A DNA stretch of 64,000 bases from an uncultured cyanobacterium (GTDB taxonomy: Bacteria; Cyanobacteriota; Cyanobacteriia; Cyanobacteriales; Nostocaceae), in contig OY970166.1 in NCBI GenBank assembly GCA_963706595.1, forward strand, positions 2,528,001-2,592,000, in the 5' to 3' direction. The position numbers and the translations under genes were made by a program. The notes under the pieces were generated by a model, which was given only the letters and a program-made list of their open reading frames with translations, was not told the DNA's origin and ran no database searches. Each line of letters starts with the position of its first letter. Positions within the stretch are counted from its first letter, which is position 1. Shown piece by piece: positions 1 through 11,190 of the stretch.

Positions 1-1895
1 TTGGCTAGTTCAGCTAATCGAATCGGGGTAACTAAATCAAATACTTTTTCCAGATAAGGACTTAAGCCCAAGGCCACAATACTCCAAGCTAAACCAGATA
101 AAGCAAATAATCCTGAGCTTTGAAGTACGAAATACCAACCGCCGCCAAATGCTGCACCTGTGAGGAGGTTCATGATCAGGTATACACCACCCTGAGTTAC
201 AGCGATCGCTACACCTAATAATGCTAATTCTTCACGCGATCGCAATTTTTGCGCCATGCTACTACCCAATATTCCCGCCGCCCCACCAGCCAAAAGCGAA
301 ATTATGCTGATTTCCACAGTCATGGGTAGAATTAGCAGCAGCAGTCCCACAACAGTCACACCTAAAACAGGTGCATAGAAGCTACCCAACAATAAACCAA
401 CGGCGCTCCAAGTGGTATACGGTAAGCCCAAGGCTAGCACTCCTGGGGTACTTAGGGTCAGTAGCAGTACTAACAGGTAATCGCGCTGGCGCAATTTGCA
501 CGACCTTTGTCTTCCAACTACAACAAAAACGCCAATAGCTACAGTCACAATGCCGGCTAATTTTGCCAATTGTAGCCAGTTATTCTCCCGGCGAATTAAT
601 TGATAATGTTCTAGGACATCAAAGTGCCATTTAGTAATCTCCTCACCCTTGGTGACAATCAGATGTCCTTGCTGCACCTCCACCATCACAGGTGATACAC
701 CATCTGAAGCTTGCTGTATTTGTTGTTTCGTTTGTTCTTCATCATTCTTGAGATTGGGTTGCAGCACAGCTAACAACAATTTGCTTACCAATGGTTCAGC
801 ATTTTTTGGCACCAATTCCTGTACGTTGAGCTTCACCGCATTCTGGAGAATACTTGAGGGTAATCCTGGGGGAATTCCTTGAGCCAAAATCCTATCTGCA
901 CTCTGGCGAATTCCTGTTTGTGCTTGGACCCATTCGTTATCTGATAATTTCAGGAGCGCAGTTTCGCTGTAAACTCTCTTAGAATTGGCTTTCTCTGGCT
1001 GTAAAAGTTGGATTTTTGCTTGGGTGTATGCTTGGCGTACTTGCGAGGTTTGGACTATAAGTGAATCTAAATTTTGCTCTGAAGTGGAGGCGCGATAAGC
1101 TTTGAGTTCCGCTACTGCTTGAGTAAACTCAGTATTTTGGGAAATATTAACGGGTTTTTCCTCTAAAGGAGACAGAAACAGAGGGAGACTACCTGAATTG
1201 AGGAGATGAGACAGTGATTGGTGTTCTGAAATCTGTGAACCCGTAGATGATGGAAATAAAGGCAGATATTGGGAAGTGGGAAGTTTTTGAGCTATGCTGC
1301 TTGGCTGTCTATTTCCCACATTAGTACTGTTTTGGCCCATTAACAAGCCTGATTTCTGTTGGCTAGTATTTTGTAAAGTTATTAGTAGCGTTTTCCATTC
1401 CGAGGCAGAACAAGAGCGAAGATAATGCTGGGTAGGAATAGATAAAACTGATGTATCAAAAAAAGGAAAAATTCCGGCAGTGGTGCGAATTTTACTTCCT
1501 TCATCCAGAAGTTGCTGTAAATTTTTGTTGATTCTTTCGGTTCTTTGGACATCGACCATCAACACTGGGATGGAACTTCTACTAGCGGCTTGGCGTTGGG
1601 CTTCTGTTTCTTCTTTATCCTCAATGCTAGCAGTATAGGGTGCTTTCATCGTTTCGGGTGCAGGAGTACCAACTGCCAACTGGGGTTGATTGTATAGTTT
1701 ATGCCCCATAACCCCTGTAAGAGATACTACAGCGATCGCTAAAACAACAGAAGAACGCTTAGAATGCACCCAGCTTAGACATACTGCATCAATTCCCCGT
1801 CGAATCCTGACCGTTTTTGCCATTGCTCTGTGTGCTATTTCTGGTTTCTGGTGTTCGCTGTGGTCAAAAAATTGAAAAAATTGCTGCTTTTTCAT
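1..1895 (-). CDS. 7TM-HD (HDIG) family membrane phosphohydrolase, N-terminal part; runs off the window start
   Basis: Read manually from ATG at 1895 (MKKQQFFQFFD...VVLAIAVVSLTGVMGHKLYNQPQLAVGTPAPETMKAP). One N-terminal TM segment, a large soluble domain, then several TM helices near 1-600. The HD domain would lie outside the window. Confidence 0.7.
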   Translation of the reverse strand, partial: MKKQQFFQFFDHSEHQKPEIAHRAMAKTVRIRRGIDAVCLSWVHSKRSSVVLAIAVVSLTGVMGHKLYNQPQLAVGTPAPETMKAPYTASIEDKEETEAQRQAASRSSIPVLMVDVQRTERINKNLQQLLDEGSKIRTTAGIFPFFDTSVLSIPTQHYLRSCSASEWKTLLITLQNTSQQKSGLLMGQNSTNVGNRQPSSIAQKLPTSQYLPLFPSSTGSQISEHQSLSHLLNSGSLPLFLSPLEEKPVNISQNTEFTQAVAELKAYRASTSEQNLDSLIVQTSQVRQAYTQAKIQLLQPEKANSKRVYSETALLKLSDNEWVQAQTGIRQSADRILAQGIPPGLPSSILQNAVKLNVQELVPKNAEPLVSKLLLAVLQPNLKNDEEQTKQQIQQASDGVSPVMVEVQQGHLIVTKGEEITKWHFDVLEHYQLIRRENNWLQLAKLAGIVTVAIGVFVVVGRQRSCKLRQRDYLLVLLLTLSTPGVLALGLPYTTWSAVGLLLGSFYAPVLGVTVVGLLLLILPMTVEISIISLLAGGAAGILGSSMAQKLRSREELALLGVAIAVTQGGVYLIMNLLTGAAFGGGWYFVLQSSGLFALSGLAWSIVALGLSPYLEKVFDLVTPIRLAELA

Positions 1896-2120
1896 ATTAT
1901 CTGGAGCCGCCTTACTTTGATCACTCAAAACAAGACAATCTTCAAAATAGTCCCAGTTGTACTGGACGCGATGAGAACATCGGTGATGGGATCTGGTTGC
2001 AGGCGATCGCACACAATAGCTACCTACAGACTAAGGTTATACTTGAAGAGTAGAATACTACTAAATTTTCGATTTATGATCTGGTATTTTGTGCCTACAC
2101 CTTGAACAGTGACTGTAACA

Positions 2121-3083
2121 TTAACGCGACTGGATAATGCGAGGAGATGCAAAGACGCAAAGTTGAGCCTGTTCTTCATATCTGACAAATCCCTCCTCTG
2201 AATACTCCTTTAAATTTAAGGCGGGATCATACACTCCTGACCATACAGCAACCAGTGCGTCAGCTAATTCTAACACCTGGGAAAAATTTGTTAGTTCCCA
2301 ATTGGCTAAATTAGTGGGACATAACAAAACCCGCCATTTTACGGGAATACCCGCAATACTGTTGTAAGCTCCTGATAAAGCCCCTGTAATTGTGGTAATG
2401 GTTTGGGAATCTAAATTTCCAGTTTCTTCTCGCCAAATATTCTCCTGGTGAGTAGCCCGTAAAACCGCTAGACGTAGGTCTTCCAAGGTGCTGAGAAAGC
2501 AGTAAAATGCCATAGCAATCAGATTACTCGGCTCTTCTTGTCTGCTGAATTCCGCTTGTGCCGATTCTAACCCAACTCCTTGAGCTAATAAATCATTAAG
2601 TTTTAGTAACTTTTTTGGTAAAAGTGTCGATGTTTCTCCAATAAAGGCGATGATTTCCGGTATCAGGGTTAGAGGATCAAGCTTTTCCGTGAAACATTGA
2701 GCGATCGCATATCCTACGGCTAGTGTGCCATCCCTGACAATTGGATCATCTTCCCATATTGGCAACAGATGCAGCAGGTTTTGTCGCAGGTTGGCCGGAT
2801 TTTCATGAAAAAAAAGTGCCACTGGTAATGTGGCAATCATAGCTTTTGGTAAAACACCATCAGTTATATCTAAATGAGGAGATTTTGTTTGATGACGCTT
2901 TAGCCAATTATCTATATCTAATTTGCCTAACTCGATTAAGCTTTGAGCGCTCAGAACTGCTATGGTGCTGACATCAGAGGCCAAAAAATCCGGCTCTTTA
3001 GCATCTTTGGCTAAAACTTCACCCAGTAATGCCCCTAATAAAGTACCTTTAAAGCGATTAATTAGTGGATAGCGCATATTCAC
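2121..3083 (-). CDS. ADP-ribosylglycohydrolase family protein (degenerate catalytic motifs)
   Basis: N-terminal RFKGTLLGALLGE and C-terminal ITGALSGAYNSIAGIPVKW are typical of the DraG/ARH fold. Confidence 0.75.
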   Translation of the reverse strand: MNMRYPLINRFKGTLLGALLGEVLAKDAKEPDFLASDVSTIAVLSAQSLIELGKLDIDNWLKRHQTKSPHLDITDGVLPKAMIATLPVALFFHENPANLRQNLLHLLPIWEDDPIVRDGTLAVGYAIAQCFTEKLDPLTLIPEIIAFIGETSTLLPKKLLKLNDLLAQGVGLESAQAEFSRQEEPSNLIAMAFYCFLSTLEDLRLAVLRATHQENIWREETGNLDSQTITTITGALSGAYNSIAGIPVKWRVLLCPTNLANWELTNFSQVLELADALVAVWSGVYDPALNLKEYSEEGFVRYEEQAQLCVFASPRIIQSR

Positions 3084-3100
3084 AAAAAATAAATCTTAAC

Positions 3101-3559
3101 TTATTTATTTTGTAAATGATGCACTAGAGCCTGTAAGCCCAGCAAGTAACTTTGCACACCAAAACCACTTATTTGGCCGATGGCGACGGGAGCGATAAAA
3201 GAATGGTGGCGGAAGTCTTCCCGGCGATAAATATTGCTCAGATGAACTTCAACTGTAGGTAGGTTAACACCAGCGATCGCGTCCCGTAAAGCCACACTAG
3301 TATGGGTGTAAGCCCCGGCATTAATCAAAATTCCCTGATGTTTTCCTAAAGCCCCATGAATAGTATCTACCAAAACCCCCTCATGATTTGACTGCACAGG
3401 AATTACCTTCGCCTGAAACTTCAAAGCTTCTTCTTTTAACAAGCGATTAATTTCAGCCAGCCCCAAGGAACCATAAATTCCTGGTTCTCGCTGTCCTAGT
3501 AAATTTAGATTTGGCCCGTGCAGCACTAAAATGCTGATCAATGGTGAAGATGAGTTCAA
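3101..3559 (-). CDS. aroQ: Type II 3-dehydroquinate dehydratase
   Basis: [56 protein letters not shown] motifs. Confidence 0.97.
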   Translation of the reverse strand: MNSSSPLISILVLHGPNLNLLGQREPGIYGSLGLAEINRLLKEEALKFQAKVIPVQSNHEGVLVDTIHGALGKHQGILINAGAYTHTSVALRDAIAGVNLPTVEVHLSNIYRREDFRHHSFIAPVAIGQISGFGVQSYLLGLQALVHHLQNK

Positions 3560-3573
3560 TTTCTTTGGGCTGC

Positions 3574-3711
3574 TTAACGGCGACGTGTGCGCTCATGTAC
3601 AGGAATCGGAATTAGTTCCGGTTCCGGCTCGCATTCTGGCCCTAATAAGCCATCAATCAGCTTGCGTGCCAACGCCTTCAATTTTTCTAGCACTTTATCT
3701 ATATAGTCCAT
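3574..3711 (-). CDS. atpT: 45-aa small protein, probable ATP synthase inhibitor AtpTheta (Norf1)
   Basis: Manual translation [45 protein letters not shown], with AGGAG upstream of the ATG. Amphipathic N-terminal helix, acidic Pro-rich middle, basic tail. The name is assigned from memory of the family. Confidence 0.65.
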   Translation of the reverse strand: MDYIDKVLEKLKALARKLIDGLLGPECEPEPELIPIPVHERTRRR

Positions 3712-4070
3712 TGAACTTATCGCTCCTGAGATACTACCTCAATATTTTGACTAACAGCTACGCAGAACTCGCGTACTTTTGCACCTGCTATATAAAAACT
3801 AGACAAAACTAGACTTTATTTCTGACTTCATCGGGAGCATGGGAGCAGCTATCCCTCAGTAAGCTTTGACGCTGTAGCCCAACGCGATCAATTAATTCTG
3901 GAAGTGAGCTACCTCTAGAATTGAGAGTTGTGATTCACCCTACTTTTTAGATTATCACATTACAAACCTACATAATGGCATTTCACTAATGATGGATGTT
4001 CCCCATTGAGAGCCAAAAGTCCAGAGTTAGTAAGTTTTCACCACTACGGACTTTTGATTCTTGACCCTAA

Positions 4071-6722
4071 CTAACCTTCAGCATCATTTTTTTTAGCGCT
4101 CGTCTGAGATGATTTAGCAGTTGACTTAGCTCGTGAAGTTGTTGATTTACTCGTTTTGCGAGTAGTTTTTTTGGTAGATGCTTTGCTTGCTAATAATTCT
4201 AGCGCTGTAGATAATGTCACATCTTCTACCGATTGGCCTTCTGGGATGCTCACATTAACTTTGCCGTGCTTGATATAAGGTCCATAGGGTCCATCATAAA
4301 TATTCACAGGCGTACCTTCTTCAGGGTGCATACCCAATTCGCGTAAAGCTGCCTTAGACTTGCTACTGCTAGAGCCACGTCCCTTTTTCGGTTCGGATAA
4401 TAATTCCAACGCTCGTTCCAGGGAAACTGTCAGCACATTATCAGCAGCTTTGAGAGAACGATAGTCTTTGCCTTCCTTGCCTTGGTCGTGAACGACGTAA
4501 GGGCCAAAACGCCCCAAACTGGCTTGAATTTTCTTACCTGTGTCTGGATGTAATCCCAATGTCCGGGGTAGAGCCAAGAGACCCACAGCCATGTCTAAGG
4601 TGACATTTTCGGGAGTGACACCTTTAGGTAGAGAAGTTTGTTTGGGTTTAGGATTTTCGTCGGTTTTATCACCCAACTGTACATAAGGACCGTAAGTACC
4701 AATTTTCAGATAAATTGGTTCACCAGTTTCAGGATGCCGACCTACTTGGTCAGGCCCCACGGTTTTTTGCCGCAGTAACACTTCTACCTGTTTCGGGTCG
4801 AGGTCAGAGGGTGTCAGGTCTTTGGGAATTGATGCAGTAACCACAGTGCCATTATTGTCAACTTCGATGTAGGGTCCATATTTGCCAATGCGGACTTTAG
4901 CATCTAAATTTTCCAGTAATACCGTTCTGGCTTGAGTGGCATCGATTTGACTTTCCTGTTCTCTGACTAAAGTTTCTAAACCTTTGTCTCCCAGATAAAA
5001 TTCCCGCAAATATGGCAACCACTTAGCTTCGCCTGTGGCAATATCATCCAGGGTTTGTTCCATCTTGGAAGTGAAACTGGGGTCTACAACATCCGGGAAA
5101 TACTTTTCTAAGAGGTTAGTGACGGCGAAAGCTGTAAAAGTAGGAATCAAGGCGTTACTCACCAATTGGGCGTAACCCTTATCGATGATTGTGCCGATGA
5201 TACTGGCGTAGGTACTAGGGCGACCAATGCCTTCACTTTCTAAGGTTTTTACTAGAGTAGCTTCGGTATATCTGGCTGGTGGTTGGGTTTCGTGACCCAC
5301 AGCTTCTAAATCAGTACAATCTGGATGATCACCCACTTTTAAACTGGGTAAAATGACTTCCTGATCTTCTAAAGCTGCATCTGGATCATCTGAACCTTCC
5401 ACATAAGCGCGCAAGAATCCCGGAAAATCAATGCGCTTACCAGAAGAACGAAAGCCAGCATCTTCAACTTGCAACTGGACGCTAATTTGGGTTTGCCGAC
5501 AGTCAGCCATTTGACTGGCAACAGTGCGCTTCCAAATCAAGTCATAAACCGCAAGTTCCCGACCACCTAAACCAGTTTCTTGGGGAGTACGGAAAGTACT
5601 ACCCGCCGGACGAATGGCTTCGTGGGCTTCTTGTGCGCCTTTCGATTTGGTGGTGTATTGCCGAGGTTCGGGACTGAGGTAGTTTTTACCATAAAGTTGT
5701 TCTACACAGCTACGAGCAGCCGTCAGCGCCTGATCAGATAAATGCACGGAATCTGTACGCATATAGGTGATATAACCTTGCTCATACAAATTCTGGGCAG
5801 TTCGCATTGTGTCTCTAGCTGAGAGGCGCAGTTTGCGGTTGGATTCTTGTTGCAGTGTCGAAGTAGTAAACGGTGGCGCAGGTTTACGCGTTACCGGGCG
5901 TTCGTCGATGCTGTTAACATTCCAGGTTTTCCCGGTCAAGCGTTCCTGGAGAGCGATCGCTTCCTCTTCGTTGAGCAACAAGACATTGCGCCCGGCGGTA
6001 ATTTGTCCTGTGGCGGCATCAAAATCGCTACCAGTGGCTACTTTGGTTCCTCCCAGGCTGGTCAATTGGGCAGCAAAGGCAGTTTTATCCTGCACCAAGC
6101 TAGCTTTTAAATCCCAATATGTCCCTTCATGGAAAGCGCGGCGTTGGCGTTCCTTTTTGACTAAAAGTCGCACAGCTACAGATTGCACTCGCCCAGCAGA
6201 TAATCCCCAGGCGATTTTTTTCCACAGCAAAGGCGACAAGGTATAACCAACCAATCGATCCAAAATGCGCCGTGTTTCTTGGGCGCGAACTAACTGCTCA
6301 TCAATATCACGGCAGTTATTCAAAGCTTTTTTGATAGCTTCTTGGGTAATTTCGTGAAACACCATTCGCTTGGTGGGAACTTTGGGTTTCAGCAGTTGGT
6401 ATAAATGCCAACTGATGCTTTCACCTTCCCGGTCTTCGTCAGTTGCCAGAATCAGTTCATCAACACCTTTGAGGGCATCTTTGAGCTGGGTAACAACTTT
6501 CTTTTTGTCTTTGGGGACAACATACACCGGTTCAAAGTCTGCGTCTACATTTACCCCCAGCTGCGCCCACCGTTCTGCTTTCACAGAGGCGGGAATTTCA
6601 CTAGCCGATTGGGGTAGGTCACGGACATGACCCATAGACGCTTCCACCCGATAGTCTTTTGGCAGGTAGTTGCGAATGGTACGAGCTTTGGTCGGAGATT
6701 CAACGATGACGAGAGTTGACAT
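4071..6722 (-). CDS. topA: DNA topoisomerase I
   Basis: Toprim [26 protein letters not shown], catalytic [11 protein letters not shown]-terminal Topo_C repeats (GPYGPY). Confidence 0.98.
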   Translation of the reverse strand: MSTLVIVESPTKARTIRNYLPKDYRVEASMGHVRDLPQSASEIPASVKAERWAQLGVNVDADFEPVYVVPKDKKKVVTQLKDALKGVDELILATDEDREGESISWHLYQLLKPKVPTKRMVFHEITQEAIKKALNNCRDIDEQLVRAQETRRILDRLVGYTLSPLLWKKIAWGLSAGRVQSVAVRLLVKKERQRRAFHEGTYWDLKASLVQDKTAFAAQLTSLGGTKVATGSDFDAATGQITAGRNVLLLNEEEAIALQERLTGKTWNVNSIDERPVTRKPAPPFTTSTLQQESNRKLRLSARDTMRTAQNLYEQGYITYMRTDSVHLSDQALTAARSCVEQLYGKNYLSPEPRQYTTKSKGAQEAHEAIRPAGSTFRTPQETGLGGRELAVYDLIWKRTVASQMADCRQTQISVQLQVEDAGFRSSGKRIDFPGFLRAYVEGSDDPDAALEDQEVILPSLKVGDHPDCTDLEAVGHETQPPARYTEATLVKTLESEGIGRPSTYASIIGTIIDKGYAQLVSNALIPTFTAFAVTNLLEKYFPDVVDPSFTSKMEQTLDDIATGEAKWLPYLREFYLGDKGLETLVREQESQIDATQARTVLLENLDAKVRIGKYGPYIEVDNNGTVVTASIPKDLTPSDLDPKQVEVLLRQKTVGPDQVGRHPETGEPIYLKIGTYGPYVQLGDKTDENPKPKQTSLPKGVTPENVTLDMAVGLLALPRTLGLHPDTGKKIQASLGRFGPYVVHDQGKEGKDYRSLKAADNVLTVSLERALELLSEPKKGRGSSSSKSKAALRELGMHPEEGTPVNIYDGPYGPYIKHGKVNVSIPEGQSVEDVTLSTALELLASKASTKKTTRKTSKSTTSRAKSTAKSSQTSAKKNDAEG

Positions 6723-7134
6723 GGAAATTTCAAGAAAAAGAGTAGCTTTGAAGCTAAAAAGTCGAGTTGAGTTAATTTCGGTGCAATGTCAAGATAAAAC
6801 GTCACGCTTAGAGATGTGATTTTATCCTTACACAAACTGCCCAAAAGGGGTAGAATTCTCTCAACTTCAGTTGTTGTAGTTCTTTTGATAATGGGAGAAG
6901 CAACCTTTGAAAGTCAATCGCCAGTTATTTCCATCTTTAACTTATCTGAGGCACAATTGGCGAATACAGTTTCAACGATACCCGTAATTATTGCCAGGTG
7001 GTATTCATGGCTAAAAAGTTCTGGTGACTGGGAACTGGGTTTTTAAAGGAAAAATTATCGTAGGCACTTTGACGATTACCTGACCGCCGAAAGGTTTCGC
7101 AGGCGATCGCTAATATCTACATCCCGTTGAAAAA

Positions 7135-7296
7135 GAGGCAAGGGAGCAGGGAACACCGGAGCAAGGGGGAGTAAGAAATTATTTTAAACTTCCGGTTACT
7201 TAGCAACCATTCTTCTTCTCCCCTGCTCCCTGCCCCCTGCACCCGTTCCTCTTCTCCCCTGCCCCCTGCACCCGTTCCTCTTCTCCCCACTCCCCA
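7135..7296. repeat. Composite short-tandem-repeat element: purine-rich heptamer arm, core, pyrimidine-rich heptamer arm
   Basis: AGGGAGC-like units, then TTTAAACTTCCGGTTACTTA (7183-7202), then CCCCTG(C)-like units. The same core is at 53874-53893. Confidence 0.8.
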
Positions 7297-7383
7297 AAAA
7301 TATAAATGCAACTTTGGTGAAGAACAATAGATAGAATAAACTCAGCTAGCCTTAATGTCTAATCGTCAAAACCTATATATCTC

Positions 7384-8946
7384 ATGGATTTTGCTAATCT
7401 TACATCCCAGTTGAATGCTGGAACGATTTTGCCAGAGGGGATTGTAATTGTCACCCTCTTAGGGGTTTTGATTGTTGATTTGATTTTGGGACGTACATCT
7501 TCACGCTGGATTGGATATCTGGCGATCGCAGGTTTAGTCGCTGCGGTGGGCGCACTCTATCTTCAATGGGATGCGACTAATCCCATCTCCTTTACCGGGA
7601 GCTTTATTGGTGATGACCTCAGTATTGTCTTTCGCGGTATTATCGCGTTGTCTGCTGCTGTCACTATCTTGATGTCAATTCGCTACATTGAGCAGAGTGG
7701 TACTGCTTTAGCCGAATTCATCGCCATTTTGCTAACTGCAACTCTGGGAGGAATGTTTTTATCCGGTGCTAGTGAGTTAGTGATGATTTTCATCTCACTA
7801 GAAACTCTCAGTATTTCCTCTTACTTGCTCACGGGTTATACCAAGCGTGACCCCCGCTCTAACGAAGCTGCGCTGAAATACCTGTTGATTGGAGCTTCCA
7901 GTACGGCAATATTTTTATACGGCGTTTCGCTGCTGTATGGTTTATCCGGTGGAGAAACAGAATTAGGTGCGATCGCCAATGGTATAGCCGCAGCTAATAT
8001 TGGTCAATCTTTAGGTTTGGTAATTGCACTCATTTTCGTGATTGCAGGTATCGGCTTTAAAATTTCCGCCGCACCCTTTCACCAATGGACACCAGACGTT
8101 TACGAAGGCGCTCCCACCCCAGTGATTGCCTTTTTATCTGTGGGTTCCAAAGCTGCTGGATTTGCCCTAGCCATTCGCTTACTGACAACAGTCTTCCCCC
8201 TCGTTGCAGACGAATGGAGATTTATTTTCACCGCCCTTGCAGTTCTGAGTATGGTGTTGGGTAACGTCGTCGCCCTCGCCCAAACCAGCATGAAACGGAT
8301 GTTAGCTTATTCATCCATTGCTCAAGCTGGATTTGTGATGATTGGCATGATTGCCGGTACTGAAGCCGGATATGCCAGTATGGTATTTTACCTGATGGTT
8401 TACCTGTTCATGAACCTGTGCGGGTTTACCTGCATCATTCTCTTCTCCCTACGCACAGGAACCGACCAAATTGCCGAATACTCTGGCTTGTATCAAAAAG
8501 ACCCACTTTTGACATTGGCTTTGAGTATCTCCCTACTTTCTTTAGGTGGTATTCCGCCATTAGCTGGGTTTTTCGGGAAAATCTACTTATTTTGGGCAGG
8601 TTGGCAAGCTGGACTTTACTGGTTAGTTTTACTTGGTTTAGTTACCAGCGTTGTCTCCATCTACTACTACATTCGCGTAGTCAAAATGATGGTAGTCAAA
8701 GAACCTCAAGAAATGTCCGAAGTAGTCAAGAATTATCCCGAAATTAAGTGGAATTTGCCCGGATTTAGACCTTTGCAAGTGGGACTGATAGTAACTTTAA
8801 TCGCTACCACCATTGCTGGGGTTTTGTCCAATCCACTATTTACACTGGCGAACAATTCTATCTCTCACACTGCAATGCTACAAGCAACAATTTTTGAGAG
8901 AACTCAAATAAGTGCAATCTCCACACAGGAACCAGAGGAGTTGTAG
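7384..8946 (+). CDS. ndhB: NAD(P)H-quinone oxidoreductase subunit 2 (NdhB/NuoN)
   Basis: Polytopic protein with [46 protein letters not shown]. Confidence 0.97.
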   Translation: MDFANLTSQLNAGTILPEGIVIVTLLGVLIVDLILGRTSSRWIGYLAIAGLVAAVGALYLQWDATNPISFTGSFIGDDLSIVFRGIIALSAAVTILMSIRYIEQSGTALAEFIAILLTATLGGMFLSGASELVMIFISLETLSISSYLLTGYTKRDPRSNEAALKYLLIGASSTAIFLYGVSLLYGLSGGETELGAIANGIAAANIGQSLGLVIALIFVIAGIGFKISAAPFHQWTPDVYEGAPTPVIAFLSVGSKAAGFALAIRLLTTVFPLVADEWRFIFTALAVLSMVLGNVVALAQTSMKRMLAYSSIAQAGFVMIGMIAGTEAGYASMVFYLMVYLFMNLCGFTCIILFSLRTGTDQIAEYSGLYQKDPLLTLALSISLLSLGGIPPLAGFFGKIYLFWAGWQAGLYWLVLLGLVTSVVSIYYYIRVVKMMVVKEPQEMSEVVKNYPEIKWNLPGFRPLQVGLIVTLIATTIAGVLSNPLFTLANNSISHTAMLQATIFERTQISAISTQEPEEL

Positions 8947-8977
8947 ATTGTTCTCTTGTTAACTCATGGCTGAAACT

Positions 8978-9005
8978 GTTGGGGCGGAACTTATTGCGCC
9001 CCAAC
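8978..9005. terminator. Hairpin downstream of ndhB
   Basis: GTTGGGGCG...CGCCCCAAC 9-bp inverted repeat between convergent genes. Confidence 0.5.
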
Positions 9006-9040
9006 TTAGATTTAAATTTTTAAATAAATATATTTGTCAT

Positions 9041-9315
9041 CTAATCAATAGGAATAGTGATCACGAATTCAGAACCTTTTCCTGGTGCGGAATTCACTTC
9101 CAGACTTCCCTGGTGCTTCTCTACAATAATTTGACGCGCAATTGATAATCCTAAACCAGTACCCTGTCCTACAGGTTTAGTTGTAAATAAATATTCAAAT
9201 ATTTTCTGCTGAACATCATCTGACATTCCCACTCCATTATCTTTGAGATGATTTCTAAATTGGTATTTGTATCATCGACAATTAAAATTAAATCTTTTTT
9301 TGGGAGATTAGACAT
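9041..9315 (-). pseudogene. Internally deleted hybrid response regulator/histidine kinase remnant
   Basis: ATG at 9315 gives MSNLPKKDLILIVDDTNTNLEII (start of a REC domain). This joins out of frame to KDNGVGMSDDVQQKIFEYLFTTKPVGQGTGLGLS...GSEFVITIPID* (end of an HATPase_c domain). Confidence 0.85.
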
Positions 9316-10425
9316 TTTTATTTTTTAGTTTTGATAAATCTTATAATTATTTTTTTGTTTAATTATGCTGAAATGCCGTTGTATTATCTTCTGAGATTTT
9401 TTGAGTCAGTCCGTATTGTTAGAGTACAGAGTCAGAGATATGAGCCAATATTCCTTCTCTGCTTTTCTTCAGAGAGAGTAATCAGGAGGCTAGAACCGGC
9501 TGTGCGATCGCGCTACCCCTTGTTCATTAGCTTTCCCAAAAAGGTGTTGATTCTTACTATTGATATGGAATAACCATACCCAACAGATGGCTTCCACAGG
9601 ATATCTTTGCTCATTTGCATGATCGTCTGGCAATCAGTCATTCAGTTGCGCGACAGACATATACGTTATTTTTTTTAGTTTGTCATCACCTATTTGAATG
9701 ATATTTGCTGTTTATTTAAGTGTTATATGAAAATTATACTAATTTTATTGCTTGTCATTAGATGTATTTATAGGTATAAATAAAGATTTTGCGTGAGAAA
9801 ATTTTGATCTTTTTAAGTTGTAAGTAATGCTAGTAAAAATTATACCTTTGAGAGAGAAGAATAAATTAGTCCTTGAGGTCTAATTAAGAATATTTATAGA
9901 TAAATTTAAGGTTGAATTTAACTGAGAGATATGATGCAAGTAGTAATTTATATGTATTATTACTTAATTAATAAAAACAAAAGGATTTGTGATTTTTTAA
10001 ATATATCGAGGAAACTTCCATAAAATTACTGTTATCATTTTTAAGAAAAAATCAAACAATAGTCATATAAATTCAAATTTAAACCGTAATTTATAGCTTC
10101 AAATGTAGTTACCAGAAGTGCAAAGATAATTTGCGAACAGTATACTTTTCTGGCAAAGTAATCAAACAAATCTAGTGAATCAGAGTTATTTATAGCTCAG
10201 GCTAGAACTCAGCCGTAACTCAATTTTTCAAAAATGAGTTAATAGATGAATTTGTAGTAATTATTCATTCTAATAGACACAAATTCATTGCGTTTGCGTA
10301 GCTAAATAAATCAATTTATTAGGGAATAGGGATATTCATGCAAGAGCGATAGAAATAATTTGCTGATTTATGGTGCAACAGTTAATTTGTCATAACGTAA
10401 ATTATTGAATTAGGGAGATTTAACA

Positions 10426-11139
10426 ATGAGAGAATTACTCGTATTTATTGAAGAAAAAAAACAGGAATTTGCGAGTTTACCATTATTTGAATTCATGAGA
10501 GATCAAAGTATTGATCCCAAAGAAAGGCTTGCTTGGGCATCATACGCGGCTCCTTTTATTATGAGTTTTGGAGACTTAAACAAATATGTTTTTAGAGACG
10601 AACAAAGTAGCGATCCAATTCAGGTAATCATCAACAAACATACTTATGAAGATGATCATCACTGGTTATGGTTTTTAGAGGACTGTCAACTTTTACAAAT
10701 TAACCAAGGAATGCATTCTATCGATGCATTTAAATTTATTTGGGGTCAAGAAACAGAAATGTCTCGCCAGTTAGTGTATAAACTTTGTAGATATAGTTTC
10801 CAAGCTACTTTGATCCAGAAATTGGTATTAATTGAAGTCATCGAAGCAACTGGAAATGTCATGTTTGTAGTTGCATCTACAGTTGGTAAGCAATTTCAGG
10901 AAACTACCCAAACAAAACTTCTTTACTTTGCTGATTTTCATTTAAATGTAGAGACTGGGCATACAACTGGCTCACCTGAAGTAGAAGAATTTATGCAAAA
11001 TATTCAATTGTCAGAAGAAAATCTACAGGAAGCTTATGAACTGGTTGAAAAAGTGTTTGATCTTTTTACAAGCTTTACCAACTATCTTTTAATTCATGCT
11101 CAAGAATCTACAAAGCGCCAAGTTGCAAAAGCTAATTAA
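10426..11139 (+). CDS. Heme-oxygenase-like diiron oxidase (HDO), AetD nitrile-synthase-like
   Basis: 237 aa, helical pattern. Motifs HTYEDDHHW (H72/E75/D76/H79), IEVIE (E140) and FHLNVETGH (H172/E176/H179) match the recalled AetD sequence and ligand spacing. AGGGAG RBS upstream. Confidence 0.85.
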   Translation: MRELLVFIEEKKQEFASLPLFEFMRDQSIDPKERLAWASYAAPFIMSFGDLNKYVFRDEQSSDPIQVIINKHTYEDDHHWLWFLEDCQLLQINQGMHSIDAFKFIWGQETEMSRQLVYKLCRYSFQATLIQKLVLIEVIEATGNVMFVVASTVGKQFQETTQTKLLYFADFHLNVETGHTTGSPEVEEFMQNIQLSEENLQEAYELVEKVFDLFTSFTNYLLIHAQESTKRQVAKAN

Positions 11140-11190
11140 AAAATACTGGCATTCGTCAAAACTCAAGTATAAATTTGAAGAGGAAAAGTC

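Noticed and set aside
5809..6630. Antisense and overlapping ORFs in the track (within topA, and similarly in kdpAB, pdxA, nadK, GH31)
   Set aside because: They are shadow frames of well-supported genes with no recognisable motifs.
7117..7311. 64-aa ORF and similar ORFs at 23210-23392 and 53669-53863
   Set aside because: They are translations of STRR repeats or overlap petM in another frame.
9331..9660. Short ORFs in the cassette leader as RiPP precursors
   Set aside because: Translations on both strands show no leader or core pattern or clear RBS, and one frame has an early stop.
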